This document shows, piece after piece, positions 17,912-27,139 of a DNA stretch of 61,851 nucleotides. Each line of letters begins with the position of its first letter. Within the stretch, counting starts at the first letter, position 1. A program made the translations under genes and the position numbers. The notes beneath the pieces were generated by a model that saw only the letters and a list, made by a program, of their open reading frames with translations, had not been told where the DNA came from and searched no databases. The DNA is from an uncultured bacterium (GTDB taxonomy: Bacteria > UBP14 > UBA6098 > B30-G16): contig CBEVQY010000014.1 in the NCBI GenBank assembly GCA_965552135.1, positions 1 to 61,851 of the forward strand, in the 5' to 3' direction.

Positions 17912-18918
17912 TAGTAGAGCGAGAGAGGCTTTCGGAGATTTTGCACAGGCTGCGCGGTCGGAGGATAGCGGTTCTGGGCGACGTCATGCTCGACCGCTAC
18001 ATCTGGGGCAGCGCGGATCGTATATCGCCCGAGGCGCCCGTGCCCATAGTCTTCGTCGAGGGCGAGACCGCCCGCCTCGGAGGAGCGGCAAACGTCGCGT
18101 GGAACATAAAAGCCCTCGGCGCAGAACCAATGCTTTTCGGCGTCATCGGGCAGGATAGGTTCGGCGGGCAGCTCGTAGAGCTTTTGCAAAAGCAGGGCAT
18201 ATCGCCAAAGTTCCTCGTGGAGGACCCGGGACGACCAACAACGTCCAAGTCGCGGATCATCGCGCGAAACCAGCAGGTCGTCCGAATCGACAGGGAGAAC
18301 ATCTTCGACATAAGCCGCTCCATCGAGCGGAAGCTTGTATCGATGCTCGTCGAGGTCCTCGACGACGCCGACGCACTCGTGATCTCGGACTACGGCAAGG
18401 GCGTGATATCGCGCGGTGTTTTGAGGAAGGTCGTTCCGGCGGCGAGGGAGCGCGGCGTGTTCATCGCGGTTGATCCGAAGGAGAGGCACTTCAGGCTCTA
18501 CAAGGGCGCTTCGGTCGTCACGCCGAACACAAAGGAGGCGGGCGATGCCGTCGGGGTGAAGATAAAGGATGAGCGCACCCTTTTGCGCGCGGGCGCGAAG
18601 CTGCTTACCCTCACCGGCGCCGACAACATCCTCATCACAAGGGGCGCCGAGGGGATGAGCCTATTCTACGGCGACGGTCGCGTCGAGCACTTCCCAACCC
18701 TGGCGCGCCAGGTGTACGACGTAACGGGCGCAGGTGATACCGTTGTAAGCGTTTTCGCAGCTGTGTGCGCCGCAGGTGGAACGCTGCGCGAAGCCGCCAT
18801 AATCGCATCGCACGCCGCAGGCGTCGTGGTGGGGAAGCTCGGAACCGCCGTCGCAACGCCAAAAGAAATCGAAGAAAGCGTGGAAGCGGAGCGGAGAAAG
18901 ACGGAGGGCGCAAAATGA
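17908..18918 (+). CDS. rfaE1: D-glycero-beta-D-manno-heptose-7-phosphate kinase (stand-alone RfaE/HldE kinase domain)
   Basis: [41 protein letters not shown]. Confidence 0.92.
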   Translation: MIVERERLSEILHRLRGRRIAVLGDVMLDRYIWGSADRISPEAPVPIVFVEGETARLGGAANVAWNIKALGAEPMLFGVIGQDRFGGQLVELLQKQGISPKFLVEDPGRPTTSKSRIIARNQQVVRIDRENIFDISRSIERKLVSMLVEVLDDADALVISDYGKGVISRGVLRKVVPAARERGVFIAVDPKERHFRLYKGASVVTPNTKEAGDAVGVKIKDERTLLRAGAKLLTLTGADNILITRGAEGMSLFYGDGRVEHFPTLARQVYDVTGAGDTVVSVFAAVCAAGGTLREAAIIASHAAGVVVGKLGTAVATPKEIEESVEAERRKTEGAK

Positions 18919-19490
18919 GAGCGCTTTTGCCTGTCTTGGCAGCCTTTGCACTGGCGGCATCGCAGCCGCGCGCACTGCGCGTCGGAACAGGATACGGAGG
19001 CGTCGTAATATCCACAACATCCGACACCGTCACGGTAAACACGGTCATCCAGAACCTAAGGCAGCGAATCGACAGCCTCGCGCTGGTCGTCGCCCAAAGC
19101 CAGCAGTGCGCACAACTCATTGTGCCGATAGTCGTCGAGATACGGGCGCTTCTGTGGCTCCTGCCGCAAGAGCTGAGCAACCTGCCAGTCTGCATCGAGG
19201 CCGCAACCCCTATGGACGACGAACACTTCGGAAGCTTTCTGCTTTTGCTTGAGAACGAACCCTTCTCGGACGAAAGGCTTGCGCTTTTGCGCCAGGTTGC
19301 CGCAAAAAACTACTTCACGTGCCAGCAGCTTGGCTACATCCTCGACAGGTTCGAGTTCGAAAGCGACAAGCTCGAGGCGGTGCGCATCCTGCGGCGACGT
19401 ATAGTCGACCCTGAACACGCATTCATCGTCTGCGATAAGTTCGAATTCGAAAGCGACAAGAAAAAATTCCTGGAGATAATGCTTAGGTGA
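18915..19490 (+). CDS. Secreted DUF4476-like protein
   Basis: Signal peptide [16 protein letters not shown]-terminal F.SDERL...FTCQQ...FEFESDKLE...FEFESDK helical repeats; ATGA overlap with rfaE1. Confidence 0.7.
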   Translation: MRALLPVLAAFALAASQPRALRVGTGYGGVVISTTSDTVTVNTVIQNLRQRIDSLALVVAQSQQCAQLIVPIVVEIRALLWLLPQELSNLPVCIEAATPMDDEHFGSFLLLLENEPFSDERLALLRQVAAKNYFTCQQLGYILDRFEFESDKLEAVRILRRRIVDPEHAFIVCDKFEFESDKKKFLEIMLR

Positions 19491-19491
19491 T

Positions 19492-19857
19492 ATGTTCGAG
19501 GTTGTGGTCAGGGGCAGGTTTTCGGCTGCGCACAGGGTTGAGGGCTACGCCGGCGACTGCGCAAAGCTCCACGGACACAACTGGACCGTGGAGCTCCGCA
19601 TAGCCGCAAAAAAGCTAAACGACGTCGGAATGGCTTTCGACTTCAGGGAGGCGAAGAAGGTCCTTGGCGAGGTCCTCTCGCTTCTTGACCACACATACCT
19701 CAACGAAAACCCCCTCCTTGGCGGCCAGAACCCCACCGCCGAGGTCCTCGCGAAGGTCATCTACGACCAGGTCGCCTCGCGGATAGGGGGCGACGTAGCC
19801 GTTGCCTCGGTTATGGTTTGGGAATCGGAGGGTTCGGCTATCTGCTATCGCCCGTAG
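19492..19857 (+). CDS. queD: 6-carboxytetrahydropterin synthase
   Basis: FSAAH, CAKLHGHNW, LDHTYLN, NPTAE, VWES. Confidence 0.92.
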   Translation: MFEVVVRGRFSAAHRVEGYAGDCAKLHGHNWTVELRIAAKKLNDVGMAFDFREAKKVLGEVLSLLDHTYLNENPLLGGQNPTAEVLAKVIYDQVASRIGGDVAVASVMVWESEGSAICYRP

Positions 19858-19866
19858 CGTTTTGGG

Positions 19867-19895
19867 TTGCGCCACGCCGAAGCGACCGATATCAT
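19867..19895 (+). promoter_or_regulatory. Putative sigma70 promoter of clpB
   Basis: TTGCGC (19867-19872), 17 nt, TATCAT (19890-19895). Confidence 0.5.
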
Positions 19896-19924
19896 TTAGT
19901 CAACGGGGTCGCAAGGAGGAACGG

Positions 19925-22534
19925 ATGGCGATCGACCTGAACAAGTTCACCGAGTCGTCGCAGCGCTACATTCTCCGCTCGATAGACGAGGCGAAAAGCC
20001 GCAAGCACAGCACGGTGGAGCCGCTGCACCTGCTTTATGTCCTTGCCGACGACAAGGGCGGTCTGGCGCCCAAGATCCTCGGAGCCGTTGCGGTCGATCC
20101 AAGCGAGGTGCTCGAGAAGTGTAAAATCGAGCTTGCGCGCCTGCCCAAACTCTCCGTCCAGCCCGAAGAGGTCCAGCCCTCGAGGGAGTTCGTAAAAACC
20201 CTCGAGGAGGCTATGAACATAGCGACCTCGATGTTCAAGGACGAGTACACCAGCGTGGAGCACATCCTCCTTGCGATGCTCAGGAACACCCGCGACGGCG
20301 CAGGCAAGATACTCTCCGAGCTTGGGATAACGCAGGAGCGGCTTTTGCGCGCCCTGCAGATGATAAGAGGGCACCACAGGGTCACAGACCAATCCCCCGA
20401 AACGAAGTTTGCGGCGCTTGAGCAGTATGGGATTGACCTCACCGAGCTTGCCCGCCGCGGAAAGCTCGACCCCGTGATCGGGCGGGAGGAGGAGATAAGG
20501 CGTGTGATGACGATCCTCTCGCGCCGCACCAAGAACAACCCCGCCCTTTTGGGCGATCCCGGCGTTGGGAAGACCGCCATCGTCGAAGGCTTGGCGCAAA
20601 AGATAGCCGCAGGCGACGTCCCCGACTCCCTCAAGGACGCAAGAATCGTCCAGCTCGATATGGGCGCGCTCGTGGCGGGAACGAAGTTCCGAGGCGAGTT
20701 CGAAGAAAGACTCAAAAGCTTCGTCAAGGAGGTGGTCGAATCACAGGGCAAGGTGATACTCTTTATAGACGAGATGCACACCTTGGTGGGCGCGGGTTCT
20801 GCCCAGGGCGCGCTCGATGCAGCTAACATGCTAAAACCACCATTGGCGCGGGGCGAGCTCAGAGCCATAGGCGCAACGACCGTTGAGGAATACAGGAAGT
20901 ACATCGAGAAGGACCCCGCCCTCGAGCGCAGGTTCGCGCCCGTGTACATAAAGGAGCCGTCCGTGGAGGACACGATATCGATCCTGCGGGGGCTTCGCGA
21001 AAGACTCGAGATACACCACAAGGTCAAAATAAAGGACGAGGCGTTGGTCGCCGCGGCAAAGCTTTCGAGCAGATACATAACCGACAGGTTCCTCCCCGAC
21101 AAGGCGATAGACCTCGTCGACGAAGCCGCCGCCCGCCTGAGAATCGACCTCTACTCCGTCCCAAAGCCGCTTGACACGCTCATAAAGCGGATAAGGCAGC
21201 TTAAGCTCGAGATCAAGGGTCTTGAGAAGGAGCCCGACTCTGCGGATAAGGTTGCCCAGCTTCGTTCGCAGCTTGAGGAGCTTGAGTCGGAGCGTAAGAA
21301 GCTTGCCGCGCAGTGGGAGGCGGAACGACAGGCGCTCCAGAAGATAAGCGAGCTCAAGGAGCGGATAGAGGAGGCAAAATTCGAGCTTGAGCAGGCGCAG
21401 CGCGAAGGCGACCTCGAAAAAGCCGCAAGAATCCAATACGGCGCGCTCGTCGAACTCCAGAAAATGCTGGAGGAGGAACAGAAGAAGCTTGCCGAAATCC
21501 AAAAGCACGGGAAGCTCCTCAAGGAGGAGGTCGACGAGGAGGACATAGCGCAGGTCCTCTCGGAGTGGACGGGCATTCCCGTAAGCAAGCTTACGCAGTC
21601 GGAGCGCGAGAAGCTTTTGCACCTCGAGGAGGAGATCCACAAGCGCGTTGTTGATCAGGACCACGCCGTTGAGGCAGTTGCGCGCGTGGTTCGCTCCGCC
21701 CGCGCCGGACTCTCCGACCCCAACAGACCAAACGGCTCTTTCATCTTCCTCGGCTCCACCGGCGTCGGAAAGACCGAGCTCGCAAAGGCGCTCGCCGAAG
21801 CACTCTTCGACACAGAAAAAGCACTCGTGCGCATCGACATGTCGGAGTACATGGAGAAACACTCCGTAAGCCGCCTGATAGGCGCCCCGCCGGGGTACGT
21901 AGGATATGAGGAGGGCGGTCAGCTCACCGAAGCCGTGAGGAGAAAGCCCTTCTCCGTTGTCCTCTTCGACGAAATCGAAAAGGCTCACCCCGAGGTGTTC
22001 AACATACTGCTCCAGGTCCTCGACGACGGAAGACTTACGGACAACAAAGGAAGAACCGTCGACTTCAAAAACACGATACTCATAATGACGTCAAATCTGG
22101 GCGCAAGGCTTATCGTTGAGCGGCTCGAGGAGATAGACGAGCAAAACCGCGACAGGATCCACGCCGAGCTCACCGAGCAACTCACCGAACTTTTGCGTAA
22201 AAGCCTCCCGCCCGAGTTCCTGAACCGCATAGACGAGATCATCGTCTTCAAGCCCCTTTTGCGCGGCGAGATACGCGAAATCGTTCGCCTTCAGTTCGAG
22301 CGTATTCGCAAAAGGCTTCAGGAGCAGGGGATGGACGCGCGTCTCACCGACGCTGCCGTCGACTACCTCGCCGAGAAGGGCTACGACCCCATCTTCGGAG
22401 CACGCCCCATAAAGCGCCTGCTTGAGATGGAGGTTGCGCAGAAGCTTGCCACGATGATCCTCTCCGGCAGGCTTTCGGAGGGCGACGTCGCCACAGTCGA
22501 CGTCGCGGACGGGGAGGTTGTGATAAAAAAGTAG
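19925..22534 (+). CDS. clpB: ATP-dependent disaggregase ClpB
   Basis: Clp N domain, two AAA modules ([16 protein letters not shown]), long middle coiled coil; ATG 19925 with SD AAGGAGG. Confidence 0.95.
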   Translation: MAIDLNKFTESSQRYILRSIDEAKSRKHSTVEPLHLLYVLADDKGGLAPKILGAVAVDPSEVLEKCKIELARLPKLSVQPEEVQPSREFVKTLEEAMNIATSMFKDEYTSVEHILLAMLRNTRDGAGKILSELGITQERLLRALQMIRGHHRVTDQSPETKFAALEQYGIDLTELARRGKLDPVIGREEEIRRVMTILSRRTKNNPALLGDPGVGKTAIVEGLAQKIAAGDVPDSLKDARIVQLDMGALVAGTKFRGEFEERLKSFVKEVVESQGKVILFIDEMHTLVGAGSAQGALDAANMLKPPLARGELRAIGATTVEEYRKYIEKDPALERRFAPVYIKEPSVEDTISILRGLRERLEIHHKVKIKDEALVAAAKLSSRYITDRFLPDKAIDLVDEAAARLRIDLYSVPKPLDTLIKRIRQLKLEIKGLEKEPDSADKVAQLRSQLEELESERKKLAAQWEAERQALQKISELKERIEEAKFELEQAQREGDLEKAARIQYGALVELQKMLEEEQKKLAEIQKHGKLLKEEVDEEDIAQVLSEWTGIPVSKLTQSEREKLLHLEEEIHKRVVDQDHAVEAVARVVRSARAGLSDPNRPNGSFIFLGSTGVGKTELAKALAEALFDTEKALVRIDMSEYMEKHSVSRLIGAPPGYVGYEEGGQLTEAVRRKPFSVVLFDEIEKAHPEVFNILLQVLDDGRLTDNKGRTVDFKNTILIMTSNLGARLIVERLEEIDEQNRDRIHAELTEQLTELLRKSLPPEFLNRIDEIIVFKPLLRGEIREIVRLQFERIRKRLQEQGMDARLTDAAVDYLAEKGYDPIFGARPIKRLLEMEVAQKLATMILSGRLSEGDVATVDVADGEVVIKK

Positions 22535-22563
22535 GGCGGTGGTCGCATATCGACACACCGCCC
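22525..22563 (-). terminator. Intrinsic terminator between convergent clpB and the beta-propeller gene
   Basis: Stem GGGCGGTG-GTCG/CGAC-A-CACCGCCC (22534-22563), followed on the minus strand by TACTTTTTT. Confidence 0.7.
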
Positions 22564-22589
22564 ACATCTCGCCGCCGCCGCAAAGGAGC

Positions 22590-24665
22590 TTACTTGATAA
22601 GCACCACGGGGTAAAGCTCCTTCGACGAGCCTGACCTCACCAGGACGAAGTACCGTCCCGAGGGGACGGGCTTGCCCGAGTCGTCCTTGCCTTCCCACAC
22701 GAAGGTGTGCGTTCCCCGCGAAAGCGCACCCGAATGAAGGACCCTGACGACCCGACCGCCCAGGTCAACGACCTCAACGGTGTAGTCGCCGTCCTCCGCA
22801 GCCGTAACCGAAATCAAGGTGGCGCGGTTGAACGGATTGGGGAAGGCGCTCACTTTACCGACCATCTTAACAACCTCCTCAACTCCCGCCTCCGAGTAGG
22901 GGAGGAGCGGGAAGACATCGATATCGCCGTCGTAGCCAACGACGAAGGCTTTTTCGTCGCCCGTCGCTATGGCGGCAACGTCGAGCTCGCCCGAGGCAGC
23001 ATACTCGACAGGGCTTGCGGGATCGCTTACGTCGTAGTACCTTACGCCGCCTACCCTGTCGCCGACAACGAGGGTGGAACCAACAAGCTTCGCCGCAGTC
23101 GTAGAAAGCGCAGGCTCAACGACCGAGACGACGGAGGGCTCGGCGGGAGAGCTTATGTCGAGGATGACCGCACCCGAGTAGTGCGAAGCGAGCACAGCGA
23201 CGTCACCGTCGATGTCGACGTTGTACGCGGGGTAGAGTGTGAACGTCGTGACGGCATCGAGCTCGGCTCCCGAGGCGTCGACTATCGCAAGACCGCCGTT
23301 GCCGCAGGCAACGTAGACATAGCTACCTCGGGCGGCTATGCGCACAGGCCTTGTGGGCAACGGAGTTGTGGAGAGCACGCTGCCTGTGGCAGGCTCAATC
23401 CACAAAAGCTCGTCGGGCGAAACCGAAGCCGCAACAACCTTGTCGCCCACAAGCGCAGCATCGACTATCTCCTTGCCCGTGATGTCGATGTGGGAAGCCA
23501 CCGTCCCGTAAAGCCCGTCGAGCATGTAGACGCCGTTTTCCCCAGCAGCCACAACGATGAACGAGCCGTAGTTTTTGATCGACCTTGCGTCGGCAAGGGG
23601 CAGCGTGCTTTTGATCTCAAGCCTTCCGCCCTCGCCTTCGAAGACGCGCAGACCCGCCTTGCGACAGGCGACGAAAAGCCTATCACCCACGTAAACCGCA
23701 TCTGTGGGCGTTTCGTCCCACTCGAACTCGCCCGCAAAGCCGTAGCCGTCGGAGACGGAGAACTTTGCGAAGCCGCCGTCCTCGTGCCTGACGTAGAGCG
23801 TGCCAGCCGCCGCAGCAAGCCGCGCAGGATCGTTGACGCTTATCGTGGCGACCAGGCTCCCGGAGCTGTCGAGCACCGCGACACGGTCGTTGGAGAGCGC
23901 CGCGTGGATCTTGCCGTCGTAGGCGCACACGTCGACCACAGGCGCGGAGAACTCCGCAAGCTCCCGTGCCGATATCTCATCGCCGGAGAACGAGAACCTA
24001 TACACCTTGCCGCCAACGGTGCCGCCGTAAAGCCTGAACTGGTCCCTGCCGGAGAGTGCCTTTATCGTCGCGGGAAGGATCACCACGCCCTTGAGGTTGA
24101 GCTCATCGCCCTCGAGCTTGTACGTCTTCACGGCGCCCGAGGATGTGGCCACAACTACCCAGTTGTACCAGCTCCAGAGCGCCAAAGGCTCCTCGTTCGT
24201 TGCCACGGATGCGCGCACCGCAAGGCTCGTCGGATCAACAAGCGCAAGCTCGAACACGCCGTCCGACCGCTCGCCAGCTGCAACGATCCAGAACTGCGAC
24301 CAGTGCAGCTTCTGCGGGACGAAACCGAGCACCGTGCTGTCGACGACGGAGGGTGCATCGGCAAGCGCCACATCATAGAGCCGCAACACGCCGTCGTCGG
24401 TGGCAACGCAGAGGACGTCGCCCTGCGACGCGATGGCGGTTATCCTGCCGGCAACTGCCTCCTCAAGGGCGGCCTCGCTGCCTGTGGGCACTATCGCAAA
24501 GCCTACCCTCGTCGTGAATACCTGCGCACCATCGGCGACGGCGAGATCCGACACTTTGCTCGACACAATCCGAGCCTCGGGCACAAGCCCCACGGCGCCT
24601 GCAACGCCCAAAAGAACCATCAAAGCACCAAGCACCGCGCTCGCCGCTCTAAACCTTCCCAACAT
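22590..24665 (-). CDS. Secreted LVIVD-repeat beta-propeller protein with FlgD-Ig/T9SS-like C-terminal domain
   Basis: Signal peptide; YVYVACGNGGLAIVD, GAVILDISSPAEP, GVRYYDVSDPASP repeats; AFPNPFN...WEGKDDSGKPVPSGRYFV tail; ATG 24665 with SD GGAGG. Confidence 0.8.
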   Translation of the reverse strand: MLGRFRAASAVLGALMVLLGVAGAVGLVPEARIVSSKVSDLAVADGAQVFTTRVGFAIVPTGSEAALEEAVAGRITAIASQGDVLCVATDDGVLRLYDVALADAPSVVDSTVLGFVPQKLHWSQFWIVAAGERSDGVFELALVDPTSLAVRASVATNEEPLALWSWYNWVVVATSSGAVKTYKLEGDELNLKGVVILPATIKALSGRDQFRLYGGTVGGKVYRFSFSGDEISARELAEFSAPVVDVCAYDGKIHAALSNDRVAVLDSSGSLVATISVNDPARLAAAAGTLYVRHEDGGFAKFSVSDGYGFAGEFEWDETPTDAVYVGDRLFVACRKAGLRVFEGEGGRLEIKSTLPLADARSIKNYGSFIVVAAGENGVYMLDGLYGTVASHIDITGKEIVDAALVGDKVVAASVSPDELLWIEPATGSVLSTTPLPTRPVRIAARGSYVYVACGNGGLAIVDASGAELDAVTTFTLYPAYNVDIDGDVAVLASHYSGAVILDISSPAEPSVVSVVEPALSTTAAKLVGSTLVVGDRVGGVRYYDVSDPASPVEYAASGELDVAAIATGDEKAFVVGYDGDIDVFPLLPYSEAGVEEVVKMVGKVSAFPNPFNRATLISVTAAEDGDYTVEVVDLGGRVVRVLHSGALSRGTHTFVWEGKDDSGKPVPSGRYFVLVRSGSSKELYPVVLIK

Positions 24666-24700
24666 CTCCTCACCTCCTTCTTGCTTTTCCCGCCCTATGA

Positions 24701-24718
24701 ATTGCACCCCGTGTGCCA
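24701..24718 (-). promoter_or_regulatory. Sigma54 (-24/-12) promoter
   Basis: Minus strand TGGCACACGGGGTGCAAT, GG-N10-GC with exact spacing, about 40 nt upstream of ATG 24665. Confidence 0.75.
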
Positions 24719-24796
24719 AAGGAGGTGAGTTTTTGTAATCTGTTGTGTTGCAAAGCATTAGCTGCGAGTCCGTCGGGAAGCGGGGCGGAGCATGCG

Positions 24797-24831
24797 GGAA
24801 ATTTTTTCCGCGGGGGAGGGAAAAGTTTTCC
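24797..24831. promoter_or_regulatory. Tandem palindromic sites, candidate enhancer (UAS) for a sigma54 activator
   Basis: GGAAATTTTTTCC (24797-24809) and GGAAAAGTTTTCC (24819-24831), both GGAAA-N3-TTTCC, centres 22 bp apart. Confidence 0.6.
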
Positions 24832-24839
24832 TCGGAGAG

Positions 24840-24869
24840 TAAAAAGCCCCGCAGCCTGCGCCGCGGGGC
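24840..24869 (-). terminator. Intrinsic terminator of the EF-G2 gene
   Basis: Minus strand GCCCCGCGG-CGCAGG-CTGCGGGGC-TTTTTA. Confidence 0.75.
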
Positions 24870-24897
24870 AAAGACATCGCGGGCAAAAGCCGCGGAG

Positions 24898-26991
24898 CTA
24901 CTGCTCCTCCTTGGCCTTTTGTGCTTCGGCTATGACCTTTTCGGCGAGCTCCTTGGGCAGCGGCTCGTAGTGCGAGAACTCCTGCGAGAACCAGCCCCTG
25001 CCCTGCGTCATTGACCTCAGGGTGGAGCTGTACTTATAAAGCTCTGCCTGTGGCACAAGCGCCCTGATGCGCTGGAGGTTTTTGCCGACGGGCTCCATCC
25101 CGAGGATCTTCCCGCGCCGCGCGGAGACATCGCCCATAACGTCGCCGGTGAACTCCTCGGGAACGATGACCTCAAGGCTCATTATGGGCTCGAGAAGTAT
25201 CGGTCCTGCCTCCATGAAAGCCTGCCTGAAAACCTCCCTCGCGCACTTCTGGAAGGCGATGTCCTTGGAGTCGACGGGGTGCTCCTTCCCGTCGACTATC
25301 ACGGCTCTGACGTCGACCACGGGATAGCCCGCCAGAACGCCCTCCTTCATAGCCTGTTTGATCCCTTTCTCGATCGAGCCCTGGAACCCCGACGATATCG
25401 CCCCGCCGAATATATCCCACACGTAGTCGAATCCTTCTCCACGCTCGAGGGGCTCGAGGCGCATCTCTATTTCGGCAAACTCGCCCGCGCCGCCCGTCTG
25501 CTTCTTGTGGCGATAGCGCTTGGTGGCGGTCTTGGTTATCGTCTCCCTGTAAGGTATCCGCGGGCGCCTGAGCTCCACCTCAACCTTGAAACGCTCCCTG
25601 AGCTTTTGAACCACAAGCTCGAGATGAAGCTCGCCCTGCCCGTAGACGAGCGTTTGCCGCAGCTCGGGATCGACCTCGAAGAAGAAGGTCGGGTCCTCGT
25701 CGTGGAGTCTTGCCAAACCCTGCGCGATCTTGTCCTCGTCGCCTTTGTTCTTCGGAACGACCGCCTCGGCAACCACCGGCTTGGGAAACTCAATGGGCGG
25801 GAAGACGATAACGTCCTTCTTGTCACACAGGGTGTCGCCAGTCTTTGTGTTTCGGAGCTTCACCGTCACGCCTATGTCGCCGGCAAGGAGTTCGGGGACG
25901 TCGGTTCTGTTTTTTCCGTTGGTGACGAAAAGCTGCCCGATGCGTTCGGGCGCCTGGCGTGTGGAGTTGAGGACGTCGTCGCCCGAAGCGACCCTGCCGG
26001 AGTAAACCCTGAAGAACGTGAGGTCACCGACGTGCGGCTCGGTCACAAGTTTAAACACAAGCGCCGAGAACGGCTCGTCCACCGAAGGTTTGCGCTCTAA
26101 GGTGAGCTCGCCGCCGGGCTGCGCCGCACCCTTTACTGGACCCGCAGCAGCAGGCGAGGGAATAAGGTCCTTTATCGCACCAAGGAGTATATCGACGCCG
26201 ATGTTCGCTGCCGCCGAGCCGGCGAAAACGGGCAGAAGGCTGCCGTCCATAACGCTTTTGGCAAGCCCTGTGGCTATCTCCTGCGGTGAAAGCTCGCCCT
26301 GCTCGAAGTACTTCTCCATCAAAGCCTCGTCCGTTTCGGCGGCGCGCTCAACAAGGACGGTGTAAAGCTCCTCCACGCGCTCGGAAAGCTCGGCGGGGAT
26401 CTCCTGAGCCTGCCCTTTGCCTTTGCCGCCAGCCTCGTAGACAAAAGCCCTCTTCGAAAGGACGTCGACCACGCCCTTAAAGCTTTCGGCGGCGCCTATG
26501 GGCAGCACAAACGGCACAACGCCGTCGCCGAAGACATCGCGAAGCTCGCCCAAAACCTTGTCGAAATCGGCGTTCTCGCGATCCATCTTGTTCACGAAGA
26601 AGATCACGGGCTTGCCCTTGCAGTAGTCGAAGGAGTGCTGGGTTCCAACCTCAACGCCCGCCTGAGCCGAAACGACGATCACAGCCCCCTCCACAACCCG
26701 AAGCGCACAGAAAACGTCGCCCACGAAATCGGCATAGCCGGGAACGTCCAAGACGTTGACCTTAACGCCCTCCCAGTCGAGGTGCATCACTGAAAGGGCA
26801 ACGGAGCTTTGCCGCTCGATCTCCACAGGTCTGTAGTCGCTCGTCGTGTTCCCCTCGGCTATGCTGCCCATACGGCTTATCGCCCCGGCGGTGTAGAGCA
26901 TCGCCTCCGAAAGCGTCGTCTTGCCCGCACCGCCGTGCGAAAGCAACGCTATGTTCCTTATCCGCTCAGGACCATAGGTCTTAGCGCCCAA
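24898..26991 (-). CDS. fusA2: Elongation factor G paralog (EF-G2 type)
   Basis: SHGGAGKTT, ERQSSV in place of RGITI, DVPGYADF, NKMD, PYRETI, HKKQTGGAG, LRSMTQGRG; not in an rpsL-rpsG operon. TTG 26991 is preceded by the SD AAAGGAGG. Confidence 0.9.
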   Translation of the reverse strand: MGAKTYGPERIRNIALLSHGGAGKTTLSEAMLYTAGAISRMGSIAEGNTTSDYRPVEIERQSSVALSVMHLDWEGVKVNVLDVPGYADFVGDVFCALRVVEGAVIVVSAQAGVEVGTQHSFDYCKGKPVIFFVNKMDRENADFDKVLGELRDVFGDGVVPFVLPIGAAESFKGVVDVLSKRAFVYEAGGKGKGQAQEIPAELSERVEELYTVLVERAAETDEALMEKYFEQGELSPQEIATGLAKSVMDGSLLPVFAGSAAANIGVDILLGAIKDLIPSPAAAGPVKGAAQPGGELTLERKPSVDEPFSALVFKLVTEPHVGDLTFFRVYSGRVASGDDVLNSTRQAPERIGQLFVTNGKNRTDVPELLAGDIGVTVKLRNTKTGDTLCDKKDVIVFPPIEFPKPVVAEAVVPKNKGDEDKIAQGLARLHDEDPTFFFEVDPELRQTLVYGQGELHLELVVQKLRERFKVEVELRRPRIPYRETITKTATKRYRHKKQTGGAGEFAEIEMRLEPLERGEGFDYVWDIFGGAISSGFQGSIEKGIKQAMKEGVLAGYPVVDVRAVIVDGKEHPVDSKDIAFQKCAREVFRQAFMEAGPILLEPIMSLEVIVPEEFTGDVMGDVSARRGKILGMEPVGKNLQRIRALVPQAELYKYSSTLRSMTQGRGWFSQEFSHYEPLPKELAEKVIAEAQKAKEEQ

Positions 26992-27024
26992 CTCCTTCCT
27001 CCTTTCCTGGTAACTCAACCTCCC

Positions 27025-27095
27025 AAAATAAAAACCCTACCCTCCCTCGTCAAGACAACACAACGCATACTAAAAGCTGCTGTCCTGCCTGTCAA
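27025..27095 (-). promoter_or_regulatory. Two tandem sigma70 promoters for fusA2
   Basis: TTGACA (27095-27090)-17-TAGTAT (27072-27067) and TTGACG (27053-27048)-17-TATTTT (27030-27025). Confidence 0.65.
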
Positions 27096-27101
27096 ATCGA
27101 A

Positions 27102-27130
27102 TTGAGTTTCCCACACCCGAAAGTTATATT
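27102..27130 (+). promoter_or_regulatory. Putative sigma70 promoter of the S8 protease gene
   Basis: TTGAGT (27102-27107), 17 nt, TATATT (27125-27130). Confidence 0.55.
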
Positions 27131-27139
27131 TAATCTACG

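Noticed and set aside
19858..19924. Heat-shock operator (CIRCE/CtsR/HAIR) upstream of clpB
   Set aside because: No match seen; only a 6-bp inverted repeat GCGACC/GGTCGC around the -10, too weak to call.
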